Shown here piece after piece: positions 11,609 through 24,500 of a stretch of DNA of 64,000 nt. Origin of the DNA: Haliotis rufescens (lineage: Eukaryota). The DNA is taken from positions 1,736,001 to 1,800,000 of the forward strand of contig NW_025964335.1 in the NCBI RefSeq assembly GCF_023055435.1, written 5' to 3'. The stretch's first letter is position 1; each line of letters begins with the position of its first letter. The notes beneath the pieces are model-generated. The model was not told where the DNA came from and did no database searches. It worked only from the letters and a program-made list of their open reading frames with translations. The translations under genes and the position numbers were made by a program.

Positions 11609-13493
11609 AGAGGAGAACATGAATGGTATGAACTGTACTGTCGGACGCCAAATGTATTTGATTGTTTGAGATATGTCTCCTGATGACAAATTGCTGATGG
11701 TTTAAAATCCTGTACCAATAATTGAATTTCAGTAAGATTGGTCCTTAGACCTCTGCAATTCCACTGAATAAATGAGTCAGCATTATCCATGTTATAGGAG
11801 GTGGAAGTACAGGGGATCTACTTATTCCTGTCAAGGAGATGAGGGGAAACATCCATGTCTTCCTGTAACTGGTATTTATTCTATAGCTGCTCAGGGTCAC
11901 GTAAGCCCTTGGGGACTCGATCAGATTGTTTTGAGTAATCAACTTTCTGACTGGCATTTTTTACATTTGGAGATGACACTCTTGGTGCTGGATCAGTCTG
12001 TGATTCTGATGAAACACTATTCTCTACATATGAATTAGGTGTGATGACTGAATAAGTCTCTGTATTTACCCAGGTAATATCGGTCTGACATGTAACAGAC
12101 TTTACCGATTTGGTTAAAGGGCGAGAAACAACTGCAGAGTATGGCATACCGGCTGTTGGAGGAGAGGTTGCTTTTAGTACAAGTTTTGCTTCAATCTCAT
12201 ACTCATGCTTTCAGATGGGACAGGACTTCGATGAAGACAATTGCTCTCCAAAGCAATTGACACATTTTGGAGATGTCAGGCAATCCGTACCTGTAGTGGG
12301 CAGCTGCACCACATCGAAAGCATGTCATATGATTTCTACATGACTGGGCACCATGGCCAAACTTTTCGCATTTTAAACACCAAGGTGGATTAGGAATATA
12401 TTGTTCCACTTCGACATAACAATATCCTTCTGTGATTGATTTAGGGTGTTTGGGCTGTGAAAAAGAAAGTAATTAGGTATTTGTTTTTACAGTTTCGCCA
12501 TTTCTCTTTGATGAAAACGGTTGACGTTTGTTACACCTTGACTTTGTAACTCAGCTTCAAGTTCTGTTTCACTCATATCAGAGAGCCAACTGTCCCTGTC
12601 TCTGATGATGCCTTTACTACTGTTCAGAGACTTGTGTGGTGAAACCGAAACTTCGGTATTGACGAGTTGTTTTGTGGCGGATAGAGTAGCAGACTGCTTT
12701 GCTGTTTTACACACTATGAGAAGAAAGCCAGATCTATTTTTTTAATAGCTTGCACATCACCAACAACACCATAAATTGATTTTGATGTTGCAAACGGGTT
12801 TAGTTTTAATGGTTCACGATCAGTTGAGGATACCACCAAAAACTACTCCAACTATCAGAAAATCTGTTCGATGTACTTTCTTTATCAGAGGAAAGAATTC
12901 ATGCTCGTTTGTGTTTTTTGGTCGAGCCATTGTTAATAATAGAAGGTTCACCATCCCAGCCCCCCAGCCACCACGGAGTATCATGAAGACAATGCCAAAT
13001 GCCAGTGGATCTCCAGCTGGCAGCACCGAGGATACTGAGATGGTTTACTCAAGCAGACTAATTAAAATTTAATCAATCCACCAGATTGGCCCATGAGCCA
13101 CCGCCTTCTGGGCATAAGACTCCAGGCAATTTAAATAATACAAGTAGTTCAAAAGCAAATGGTGTTTTATAAACAAATTTGGTCAAGACCTAAAGTGTAA
13201 AGATAAGTCAAAAATACAATTTGTGCAAAGACAATTAATGCACAGGGCTTGGCATGACCAGCCGATTGATAGAACCGGGCCCATTCTACCACCCGTCTTG
13301 GCGAAGTAAGGGTCAAAGTAGTGTGTTGGGCAAAGGAACACTTTTCCTGGAACCATTGCCCTCAACAACCAGACTCCCGTCCTCCGCCGACACAGGGGCG
13401 CAACCCACAGCAAAGAGATTGCCCAATTTGGTCGCCTTTTACGACCAGCAATGGGGTGCTGAGGACACATTCTGCCCCGGGTCCACACGGGGG
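11608..13493 (-). mobile_element. Nimb/I-group LINE 5' half: 5'UTR, gag-like ORF1 with CCHC knuckles, start of APE endonuclease
   Basis: PHKSLNSSKGIIR, YIPNPPWCLKCEKFGHGAQSC..CFRC, FIQWNCRGL..ICHQET; many frameshifts. Confidence 0.85.
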
Positions 13494-14598
13494 AAGAGCT
13501 AATAGCGCTACCCAGCGCTCACCACGTGGACGTTGCTCTTCACGAGTGCCAGCTTGGTAGTGCCCTAGTTACGCTTAGTCACAGCGTTTGTGTTCCAGCT
13601 CTGTATTTTCTAGCATTTACTACAAGAGTAAATGCCGACCCTTAAAAGGAGGCTTATTTAAGGAGTAACCCCTCTACACAGAAGAACAAAGCACAACCAC
13701 AGTTTTCTTCACAAGATGTCATTTATGCATTAGACAATGCAGGTTGTTGGAATTTCGTTTAGTGACAGACATGTTTTTTTAATGCTAAAATGCACGAATA
13801 TGTGTCAAAATAGAATAAATAAACAAATTAGGCTTCAACAAAGGAACCCTACAATAACATAAATACACAATTAACATTTTTTTTTAAATCGTGTTTTGAG
13901 CCAAAATGTGCTGAAAACATGACAATATCACTCTAAGTTATCATAAAACTGAAGATAATGTAACAATCATGTTTGTTATCTTAAAATGTGCCTGACTGCT
14001 TTAGGAGCTTACAAACAAAATTCAAATTAATGTAGGTATAATATAATGTATGAGAATTTTAAAAAAGTGTGATCCCAAACCCCATCCTGTTAAAAAAAAC
14101 CCCAGATATATAATTATATATATTTAAAAAAACACATTACTATGACATACTAACATTTTTAAACACCTAATTGTTTTATTTGAACACATGAATCGTTCAA
14201 ATATCTTACATATTTGAGCTTGAGAAATTGGATTTATCCAATACGGCTGACAAAATGGCCTCCGAGGTGACTGCCAATCCAGGGAAATAACAATATTTCG
14301 TCTTCACTTCGGAATGTTTTAGAAATTTCAATGTCAAACTTTAGGTTTCGACCAGGGCCTCCTTCTATCTTGTTATTGTCATATATAAGATACTTATCGC
14401 TGATGTATAAACTATAGATGAGATGCAGATCCGCAATGACTCAGCATTTACCATAGTAACCCACGCGCAGAACAGGAACTTCCGAGCATGCGTACTTTGC
14501 TGTGCGGCAAAACTACACGGAAGTGCGCGCCCTAAGTTTTTTTCAGACAAAAAACAACGTGACACCAGCGATTTTATTGTAAGATTTCTCCGCACCAA

Positions 14599-16180
14599 AT
14601 GCCTGCCAGCTGTTGCGCGATCGACTGCAGTAAACGTGGGGTGTGGAAAATCACGAGAAGTTCTTTCGAATTCCGAAAGATGAAGATTTTCGAAAGAAAT
14701 GGATTGTTGCCATTCGCCGCAAGGACCGGATACCCACCGAGTATTCCAGCATTTGCAACGAAAGGTATGACGAGATCGTGTTGTCTTTTAACATGATGGC
14801 GCATTCTCTTCTGCGTTTAAAAGTTTAATATTTCCATAAAATGAAATAGGTCTGATAACAGAATATTTTTTTTTATATGACGCATTTGCGTTCAACTGAC
14901 GTGAAGGGGAGTAACTCCAATGTTGGTATCTCATAAACATCTTTGCTAGCAAGCTTCCTGGCTTCGGTGGAGTGTTAGGAACTGAAGAAGAATATGTATA
15001 ATTGTATTTAACTAATGTTTGTACTGTTTTAATTACATTTAATAAATACTTTTATTAACACTAATAGCAACGAACTACGTTTTTTGTTGCCTATTGGATC
15101 TAGTTTGGGTAAATTGATATTTTAAAAACCTGGGCTTTTAGAATGTTTTCGTCATAAAATAAACATGTATGTTTGTCATAAGATTTTCTTATGAATTCTG
15201 CATTTTCTCTAATTTACAAAGGTCGTCCCACAAAGGATCCAAATGATGTGGACTCTGTGCCAAGTCTGCTGCTGCTACCACAACACAGAGAATAAACAAA
15301 GAGAAGCGTTTGAATGAGAACGTTCAGCGCAGTGTAGCTGCATCAGTATATTGCTGGTGTCAGTTCTCACTGACGTACTACCTACATGGAGACTACTACC
15401 TACATGGAGACCCGTGAAGATTCCGGGGTAGAATAGGTCTTCAGCAAACCATGCTTGCCGTTAAAGGTGACTATGCTTGTCGTAAAAGGCAACTAACGGG
15501 ATCGGGGGGTCAGGCTCGCTGACTTGGTGGATGCATGACATCGATCCCAATTGCTAGATCGATGCTCATGATATTAATCACTGGATGGTCTGGTCGCGAC
15601 TCGATTATTTACAGACCGCCGTCATATAGCTGGAATATTGCTGAGTGCGGCGTTAAACAACCAACCAACCAACCTACATGGAATATAGCATGCCTTCTAG
15701 TTATGTGTATGTGAAATTATACTTTAATAAACTATGACAATCTTCTCACAGTATATTTTCATGAACATGTTGAAGATAATTTTATACTGTCTAAAATTAA
15801 AAATGAACATATCATGTCAACATAATATATTTTTAAATTACGTTGTTTTTGCCAACAAATATTTGATTGCAAAGACAGTATGCGTATCGAAAAAGAATTT
15901 GATACTGTGAATAATTACAAAACAAGTCTGTGAAAGGTTGTAAAGAATTTTATTTGTTCTGCAGATTGATGATGATAACAGCCCTGTCAGTGTGAGTGTC
16001 CAAACTGATCCGATGAAGACAGCTCGATCTTGCTATCATCGCAGACTAACATACAGGGCCGAGAGATGGACAATATGCTTTCCTGGAAGGAATATGCCTT
16101 GCGACTTGAGATGACCAACCATGTCCAAGAGAAGTACATCAGCACATTGGAAAAGCAAGTTGACCTAACAAAGACCCTAT
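14599..16180 (+). pseudogene. THAP zinc-finger gene remnant, probably DNA-transposon associated; putative exons 14599-14764, 15222-~15375, 15965-~16180
   Basis: MPASCCAIDCSKR / KFFRIPKDEDFRKKWIVAIRRKD..PTEYSSICNE / GRPTKDPNDVDSVPSL; frameshift near 14640; SINE inserted at ~15409. Confidence 0.7.
15409..15673 (+). mobile_element. Non-tRNA SINE family 2 (structured LINE-like head, (AACC)n tail); other copies 4732-4923, 5163-5313, 8107-8340, 19690-19957, 23790-24020, 33490-33680, 37930-38160, 50580-50840, 57345-57570, 62455-62645
   Basis: More than 10 related copies; target-site duplication acctacatgga; head matches the Nimb 5' end at 13422-13493. Confidence 0.88.
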
Positions 16181-16189
16181 TTGAAACAA

Positions 16190-17218
16190 TATGGCGGACG
16201 CGGTGACAGGAACTCTAAAAAAGTCTCACATTGTTGAAATCTAAAACGAAAACTCGACACTAAACGAGCTCAAGACATCTCTAAGGGTATGTCATATATA
16301 TACCGGGAGTAAAACAAACAATACTTAAAGATTACTGTTAAAAGACACCCCTCACTCTCCTGATTGACCTTCACTGTCTGTTTCTGGGCAACAAGGCGGA
16401 TTCAACCCCAAGCTCGAAAAACACTTTTACCCCCGGGGACAAAAGACCTGAGCATAGCCCTGTGGAAAACCAACCCCCTGAACAGAAGTCTCGAGTATTA
16501 TCTGATGATGCTGACTCTCTATCAGGCGTTGACAAAGGAAACTGTCCTGAAGAAACTCTTACCTGCCATCATGCCAAAACTAATGAACGAATTGTTTGTT
16601 AAGATGGAAAATATTTTGAGAGGGCAGTCAAGAATGCAACATCTGATCTAAACATGCAAATCCAATCTCAAAATGAAATGATTAAACAGCAGTCGGGGAT
16701 TATTCATGAACAAAGGGTAAGCATTAACGAATTCCAAAACAAACTGCGTAACTGATGATGAATCCCTTGATCAATATACGAGACAAACTCTTTAAGGTTT
16801 AGGAACATGAAATTGACCGACAACAAGGCGCCCACTGATAACAAAGTCATCGACATATGCAAGAACATTTTTGGAATGTCTGTCAGCGGGTATGACATTG
16901 ACAGGAGTCATACAATTACCGACGTAAGAGATGGCAGAGCACAAATACTCATAAAGTTTGTCTGGCACAATACCAAGACCAAAGTTTTCATGGCGAAAGG
17001 AAAACTGAAATCCAATCCGGACAGTATGTTCATAACTCAGGACCTGGCAAAATATCGCCACTGACTCGTGAGTAAACTACTAGAAGTTCGCCATGGCAAA
17101 GAACATACATTCATTTTGGACTCTAGATGTGTCTAGAGTGTTTGCTACAAAAATGCAAAATGGTAGCCAGTTTAACATCGAAAACGAAAAAGACATTGGA
17201 AACCTGATCAGCAAGTAA
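16190..17218 (+). mobile_element. Degenerate CR1/L2-type LINE ORF1 without ORF2
   Basis: Coiled coil, then DIDRSH..ILIKF..K..LK..MFITQDL and HSFWT motifs; stops and frameshifts. Confidence 0.65.
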
Positions 17219-17745
17219 ATACCCTCCTTGCTAAGACAGTGTCCAACAGTTAAAACAGAGATGTCATTCCCATCACTTCTATATACACAAACATATGCTG
17301 TTTGTTTGTATGCATATGAATCTCGTCAACTTTGTCTTATGGCAACTCGTTGTCTTTGCAGAGATCTCTCGATATATGGGAATCCGCCACTTACAAAACA
17401 GACTCTTTTGAATGCATATATCCTCGCATTATAAATATATGTTTCGCTGTACATGTACACGACAACAAATGTTCCTGTGACACGAATATTTTAGTGTATT
17501 TTTCAAACAAGTAAAGTTTGCTTTTCAATATTGTAGTAGATGTTTGGAATCAAGTCACAAAAACGCAACTGCTACAGAAAAGCATGCATTCCATGCAAAA
17601 GTTGACTTGTATGGAAGCCCCATGCATTTCACTACCCAAGAATGGGTATAAAAACGTGCGTTAACGGGATTCCATATGCATTGTTTAGCATCGTGCTGAC
17701 AACAACCACTGACAACGAAATTACGCAATTACTGAACATTATGAA

Positions 17746-17850
17746 ATGCCACGCCTGTCCGAAAATGAGCGTCTGCGAGCCATTGGTATGCGTGAAGCAG
17801 GATCGAGTCAACGTGATGTTGCAAGACAATTTAACGTCCACAGAACGTTC
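17746..17850 (+). mobile_element. Tc1-family transposase N-terminal HTH remnant
   Basis: MPRLSENERLRAIGMREAGSSQRDVARQFNVHRT. Confidence 0.75.
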
Positions 17851-18609
17851 AAATATGTACATTTCTACAATCCGTGCTCGACTCTTGCTTGCTGCTGTAT
17901 TTATCAAAGCAAAGTGATTAAATATTTAGGTAATCAAGTATTTAATGTCTAAACGTGTTTCGATTGCTCATCACACAACGGTTGACATTTCACTTCTTAC
18001 TCTTCAAGACTCTTGATATAGCGATTGTTACGACAGATATATGTAAACGTACCTCGTGTTGACTCGCGAGCGGAACGGTGGTAACTAAAGAATGACACAA
18101 AAAACTATAGTACACACTTTTCATGAACATGTCGTGTTCAAAAGGTGTTGATATTTTGGGTATTTTGAACCCCTGACATGAGCTACATGTCATTCACCTG
18201 CAGCGCCAATCAACTGTTGGCACCCTTGTTAATTTCCACCTTTCTTATATTATTACCTTTGTTGGTTGGTTGGTTGACAATGATTGTGTCTTCATGTACC
18301 TCAAACCATGTTAGGAAACGATGGATAAAGCAAACCCCAGAGTCGGATAAAGATTGAGAGATATCAAAATGAACGCTGGTAAACGGGTTTTGGAGATATA
18401 AATTTTATTTCAACCTTCGAATAACATATTTGTTACAGATCCACATCACTGTTTATTAATCAAGATTTTTTTCAAACTAACTCTATGCGATTTGCAATAT
18501 GAGTAACAGATTTTGTTTTTTGGAAACTGTTGAATGCATACACACGCGAAACAGATGACAAAAGCAAACCTGTAACGAAACAGCTTTTATTGCCTCGTAC
18601 ATCCACAAG

Positions 18610-21576
18610 ATGAAAACATCTACACGGCTATGTATCCGGATAGGGTTTCTGTGTTTGATAGCCTTGTTGGATGAGTATATGATACTGAGTTGTCTCATTA
18701 AAGAAATTCTTCTTTTGTTTACCTTACAGTGGACGTTGAACCATCTCTCTCAAACTGAATAATTTTTGTATATATGCTACTAAAAAGAAGATCTAATGAA
18801 ATCTGTTTTTTTCATATTACTATAAGTGATCTGTACGCAATCGCAGATTACTATCCTAACCATTCCCTTATGTCATTTTAGTTTCACAGTTTGAATTAAC
18901 TTATAATGTGTTTCTCCATAGGGCATGGTTGATAGTTGTTTGGGCCCTGCGAGATCTACAATGTATCTTTTATGTGTCACTACAGAAGGTCAGTCTATTT
19001 CATTTGGTCACATCAGCAGGTAGGGCAATAGGGTCCCTACTGTTCTTGAAAATCCCTGGTCGCTTCAACATCTATGGAGTCGCTGCCACTACTATGACCA
19101 CAACTTGTTGCATCTTAGCTGCTGTGCCCGTCATCTTTTCATTCTGGATGGCATTGGTGTTGTCTTGTGGAGCTGGATTGCTAAATGGAATTGCAATACA
19201 TGGTAAGTCCAGAATTTAAATGCCAGACAATAATGAGTCCTGAAAATCTGCGAATTATTTCCTTAAAAGGCAAAATAGTGAAGAAAGTTTTGTGGATAGT
19301 TCATTGGAAATCATTGATGACATAAGGTGTTCGAGAAAAGGGTAAGTATGTTCTGCACAACCGGTTTTTCATTAAAAGAGAAAGTGCCAGTGAGTAAGGA
19401 CGTCTGAAAGTTCCATGTAGAGGTCATAGTATAGAACAGCATCGCGTGTCATGCTACGTGTGACATACTACAAGTCACATTTGGTAGAATGCTCTAAATG
19501 TCTACAATACCATTTCTGCAATGACTTAACCAGTCTATGAATTATGGCTACTTATACACGAAAGGAAACAGAGTTATACAGTTATAACGAAGTTTGAAGG
19601 ACTATTCATATAATTAAACCTGAAGTGTCGTGACAGTGCATTAAGGTAGCTAGCTACAGGCTACTTTCTGTCAGAATGTAGTTGCTTATGACCCGTGAAG
19701 ATCCGGACTAGAATAGGTCATCAGCAACCCATGCTTGCCGTAAAAGGCCACTATGTTTGTCGTAAGAGGCGACTAACGGGATCGGGTGGTCAGGCTCGCT
19801 GACTCGGATGTTGCATGTCATCGATCCCAATTGCGTGGATCGATGCTCTTGATATCATCACTGTGTTGTCTGGTCTAGACTCGAGTATTTACAGACCGCC
19901 GTCATATAGCTGGAATATTGCTGAGTGTGGCGTTAAACAACAAACCAACCAACCAACATTGGTTCTTATGACTTTGTTATTAAGGAAGCTAGGTGCCTGG
20001 GAAGGTCTGTTTAAATAATTGGCCATTGGTCATGTGCTGTCCCAAATGCAATGGTGGTGTCATGAAGCCTGAATTGTTTTTATATTGTATCTGGTATCCA
20101 GATGCTGAGGACATTAGAAAACATAAGCTATCACCTCACATATGTGTGGTTATAGTTGAGCTACGGTCACTAGGATGTTTGTTATCTACAGTATTCTTTT
20201 TTAACTCGCCAAAAGGAAATGTCGCCATTTGTCATGGGGTGTTGTCCATCCAGCTGTCTGTTCGTCATCAACTTCTACGTATTTGATACCTCCTCTGCAA
20301 CTACTAGGCTTATAGAGCTGAAACTACCAGGCTTATCGATCTGAAACTACCAGGCTTATCGATCTGAAACTACCAGCCTTATAGAGCTGAAACTGACAGG
20401 CTTATGGAGCTGACACTACCAGGCTTTTGGAGATGAAACTAAGTCACATCTCTTTGTGCTTTGTGCCTAAAGGTTAAGTTCAGGTCTGATGACAGAAACT
20501 AATTGTCCACTTAACTTGAGAGAACTTCTTAATAATGTGTCTCGACTCCATGTTGTCAGAATATATTTTGTTTTTTACAGCTACGACTGTCCTTTCCGGG
20601 GAGTTGAGTAAAGAACACGCTGGATCCATTCATGTCATGAACCTTGCAATGACTGTAGGACAACTTACAGGACAATTAGCTATCTCCCTTTTTCTATCTG
20701 ACAATGTCTATGGTCTTCACAATGCCAATCACAATGGATCAGTCTTTTATGATGACAATACAACATTTGTCTCACATAACAACAGAGCACACTCACAAGA
20801 CGAATTATGTTACAATTTCAATTCTGATGTAATGTACGGGTTTTTCGTTATAGCTAGTCTAGCAGTACTTGTTTTTTTCATGTTATTTACTCGCACACCA
20901 GTTGTTTCAAGAGAAAATAGACATGAACGAAAATCAGCTGAAGGAGAAGAGCATCAGTTCAATGAGCATTACTGACGGTATATATTTATTTATTATAATG
21001 ATATACACTACGATCTGTGGGACTATGATCTTTGTATATGGCCAATTCTTACCAACATTTGGTATTCACTGCAAATTATATGTAAGTAAAAAACAGATGG
21101 CAAATGTATCTATGTCATTTTATGCCTGCATCATAATTGGACGTTTACTTGGTACGCCAGGCAGCCTAATTATATCACAGACTGTTTTGATTAATGTGTG
21201 CACAGCTGGTGCCAGTAAGATATCTTTCATGCTTATACATGTATACGTATCGGAAATAGATACCACATGGTTGTGGGTAGGGACAAGTATTTTAGCAGTA
21301 GTGTGTGCCCCTGTGTTCTCGGCAGTTCAGACATGGGCTCTTGATACCAGTAGGCATAGATCCATACTGTATGGTATATCATCCATAATGGATATGGTAG
21401 GATATGCTGTTATGTCTCTTCTGACTAGACAACTCATGTCAAACATCTTTGTACAAATGTTAAACAATGTTATGCTTGCAGTATCATTACTGCAACTGTT
21501 ATCGATTACGTTATTATATCTGACAGTGTGTCAACAGGTCAAGTCAGGAAATCAAGCCTATTCCTACATTGAGTGA
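18610..21576 (+). pseudogene. MFS transporter copy C pseudogene (exons 18610-18672, 18922-19202, 20581-21576)
   Basis: Close paralog of E; exon 1 donor lost (GAT|gagtat vs GAT|gtaagtat); 5-bp deletion at ~18950 in exon 2; extra T at ~20875 in exon 3. Confidence 0.85.
20305..20442 (+). repeat. 23-bp minisatellite (accaggcttatagagctgaaact) x~6 in intron 2; also 34470-34604 and 62027-62165
   Basis: Direct tandem units visible in all three paralogs, with differing unit order. Confidence 0.9.
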
Positions 21577-24500
21577 GATGTGCTCATTGTATCCAGTGGC
21601 GATTAATGGACAAGGCATATGTCCCCTGAAATCTATGCTTGTCGCCACATCTGATGGTCAAGCTCCGAGACTTTGTCGTTTGCATGTCATCGCATCTCAG
21701 TTGCCTGTATCGATGCTCGTTATGTTAGTCCCTGAATTGTGTGGTGCAGACTCGACTGTATACACCCCACTGTGATACAGTTGACATTTGTCTTCAACTG
21801 TGGCCAAGTCGTCTGAGGTGCAACAATTCACTGTGCAGATTTGCGTCCCGTCAGAAACCTATGATTGTGGATTCTAATCCTGGTTCTCCCCGATGATGTT
21901 TCTTGGTTTGTTAGCACCATACCCGTGCTCGTAGGTTTGATCAAAGTGTTACACGTCTTAGCCATGCATGACTTCGGGCTTTCCTCCCACATTAAGCTGA
22001 CACACTGTGATATAACTGGAATATTGTTAAAAGCTGCGTGAAGGCCAACTCACTCACTCACGTTAAACAATATTCCAGAAATAACACGGATTATCGGGTA
22101 AATATTAGAGGAAATCCGAAGTGATGCAGGATGTAGACGTGTATTCCCTTGGCAATGGCTCCTTCACCAGTTGGTGCTAAATACAATGGTACATAATTTG
22201 AACAAATCTGGGTTTTGAGACCATGATAATAGGATCATGGTAAGTCTGAAGGACTTTGACGCATAACTAGTATTGCCTCTAGTTATATTACATTGGTAGA
22301 CGTTATATATGTTCCAAGGAAACTGCTTTTGTTGACATGTCGTTGTGGGGAGCAAATAAATCAAAGAATCATTCAATTTATTTTTTCTTCAGTATATCAA
22401 TCACCCACATATGTCATCAAACATGATCTGGAGACTTATTATTTCACTTGATCTTGGAAGTTTGTGAAAAATATTTAAACATCAGACAAGGGAGATATTT
22501 CATAACCATTTCAGATTCGGGTCAGAACTGTTCTTCAGCAACTCAGGCTTGTCACAAGAGGCTAATTGGCTCGGGTGGTCAAGCAAACAAACAAAACAAT
22601 TATCCACTGCCTGTTGCCCGTTGCCAGTGACAAGATTATATATTCTGTGTATATAGTCCGCATAATACTCTCTGTTTTATGCCAAAGTGATTTTGAGCTT
22701 AAAATAACTTCAACAGTCTCTGGCGTACAAATACAAATCGTCAAAATATCTTTGAGACACATTCTCGTGATTGTATTTTCCCTTACATTCTAGTTTAGAC
22801 GTTTGAAGTGGGTTTGGTTTTCCTTCACACCCTTTTTACCTTTACCTCTGCTGGCCTTGCCGAGTTCAAGCCCACAGTATAAGATTTGCAAGGATGTGCT
22901 GTTTTCATGAAAATACTACATTCATATGCAAACGACCGACGCATTATCCATAATATGTGTTTGTCCTTACATCATCAGTATAATTAAGCTGAACAAAGAC
23001 TATTGTCTATTTAAAAAATAAATGTGATACTAGGTGGTCAGTCTGGAATTCCGACTAAACAGGCGATTGTTTGACCGTTGTTAACAATTCTGTTATCCAT
23101 TTATTTTAATGTTCGCGCCTTTATCACTTTCCTGATGCCATTGCAATCAAATTATTCAAGATCATGGCCTGTATCAAATCCTTCTCAACAAGTCGATGGC
23201 ATATGATCAATCTCCAGCCACCTCCAGACGGGACTATTTATCCCCAGAGTTAGCTATAAATGCCAATTAACACCCTCACGTCATCGGACCTAACGTATGT
23301 ACATGCACATGGGTCACTGACATTGCACCACGTTATGTAATGCATAAAACCTGATTGACATTTGTACGGTTCGTCGTGGCGTCAGATCCGATCCCCGCCT
23401 CACCAACGACGACGTGAACGTTGAAGATTCGCCGTCCGACTTATGTGTAAACAGTGCGGGTCTCCGGAACATTGGCCATTCGGTTCAGTTTGCCTTGAAT
23501 CTGTTGGCGGATTATAAACCTGTAGCTTTTGTGTTCATCCGTCCTGAGTTATGACCTCTTGGATATATAATCAGTGAACTAGTATTCAGTGCGTGAAATG
23601 TTATTTCCCATCTCCTGTTTCGGTGAATTAATATAATCGACCTTGCATTGTACCAGACTTGTTTAGTGATCTGTATTAATTTCAGTACAGTTAATTTTTT
23701 GAAGCGATATATGTGTTGTGCCTTGTTTTTGTATTGGTATTGGAGCTGTGACTGTTTAGTTGCAGTAATATCTGACAAGGGTTTTCTTTGTCTCTTGTTT
23801 AATGCCGCACTCAGCAATATTGCAGCTTTATGACAGCGGTCTGTAAATAATCGAGTCTGGATCAGACACTCCAGTGATTGACATCATGAACATCGATCTA
23901 CGCAATTTGAATACGATGACATGCATCAAGTAAGTCAGCAAGCCTGAGCACCGATTCCGTCAGTTGCCTCTTACGACATCCATGCTTTGCTGAAGACCAA
24001 TTCTAACCTAGATCTTCATGTTTGTATGACGAAGAACACAAACAGTTTATGTGAATAGAATACACGATTGCTTCTATACTCGCCATATAAACGCCTATTT
24101 GCCTCCCGTTTCAGCAGAAAAAGGATAGAAAGTCTTATTTTCAATTTTAAGGTAATTTCGACGATTTTATTGGTTTATTTGCTGACTGTTTAATTTTCAA
24201 CAAACTTCAAAAAGTGGCGTTTACAAACTATAATCTTCCCCTTTTGACGTTTACACGATTTTGGACCGAAACTACTTTTCATAGGGAATTCCCGAGTGGA
24301 ACAATTCTTCATTCTCTTCCCTGCTGACCTCGATCGTGAGGATCTGCAATGTCGGACAATAAATTATTTTAACGTTTCTTTTTCAATCAAGATTGCAACA
24401 CTTATTGATATATTCGCCTAACCCCCTTGATGCCACAGGGACAAATATGCCCATCCTCTTCTACCCTCACTTTGAAGTCGAAAACAATTAAAAATACATG

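Noticed and set aside
13646-14364. Kolobok-like element bounded by aaggaggc/gcctcctt
   Set aside because: Only an 8-bp inverted match, with TTAA on one side only; insufficient support
20305-20442. CRISPR-like array
   Set aside because: Head-to-tail 23-bp units with no unique spacers, in a eukaryotic intron; it is a minisatellite
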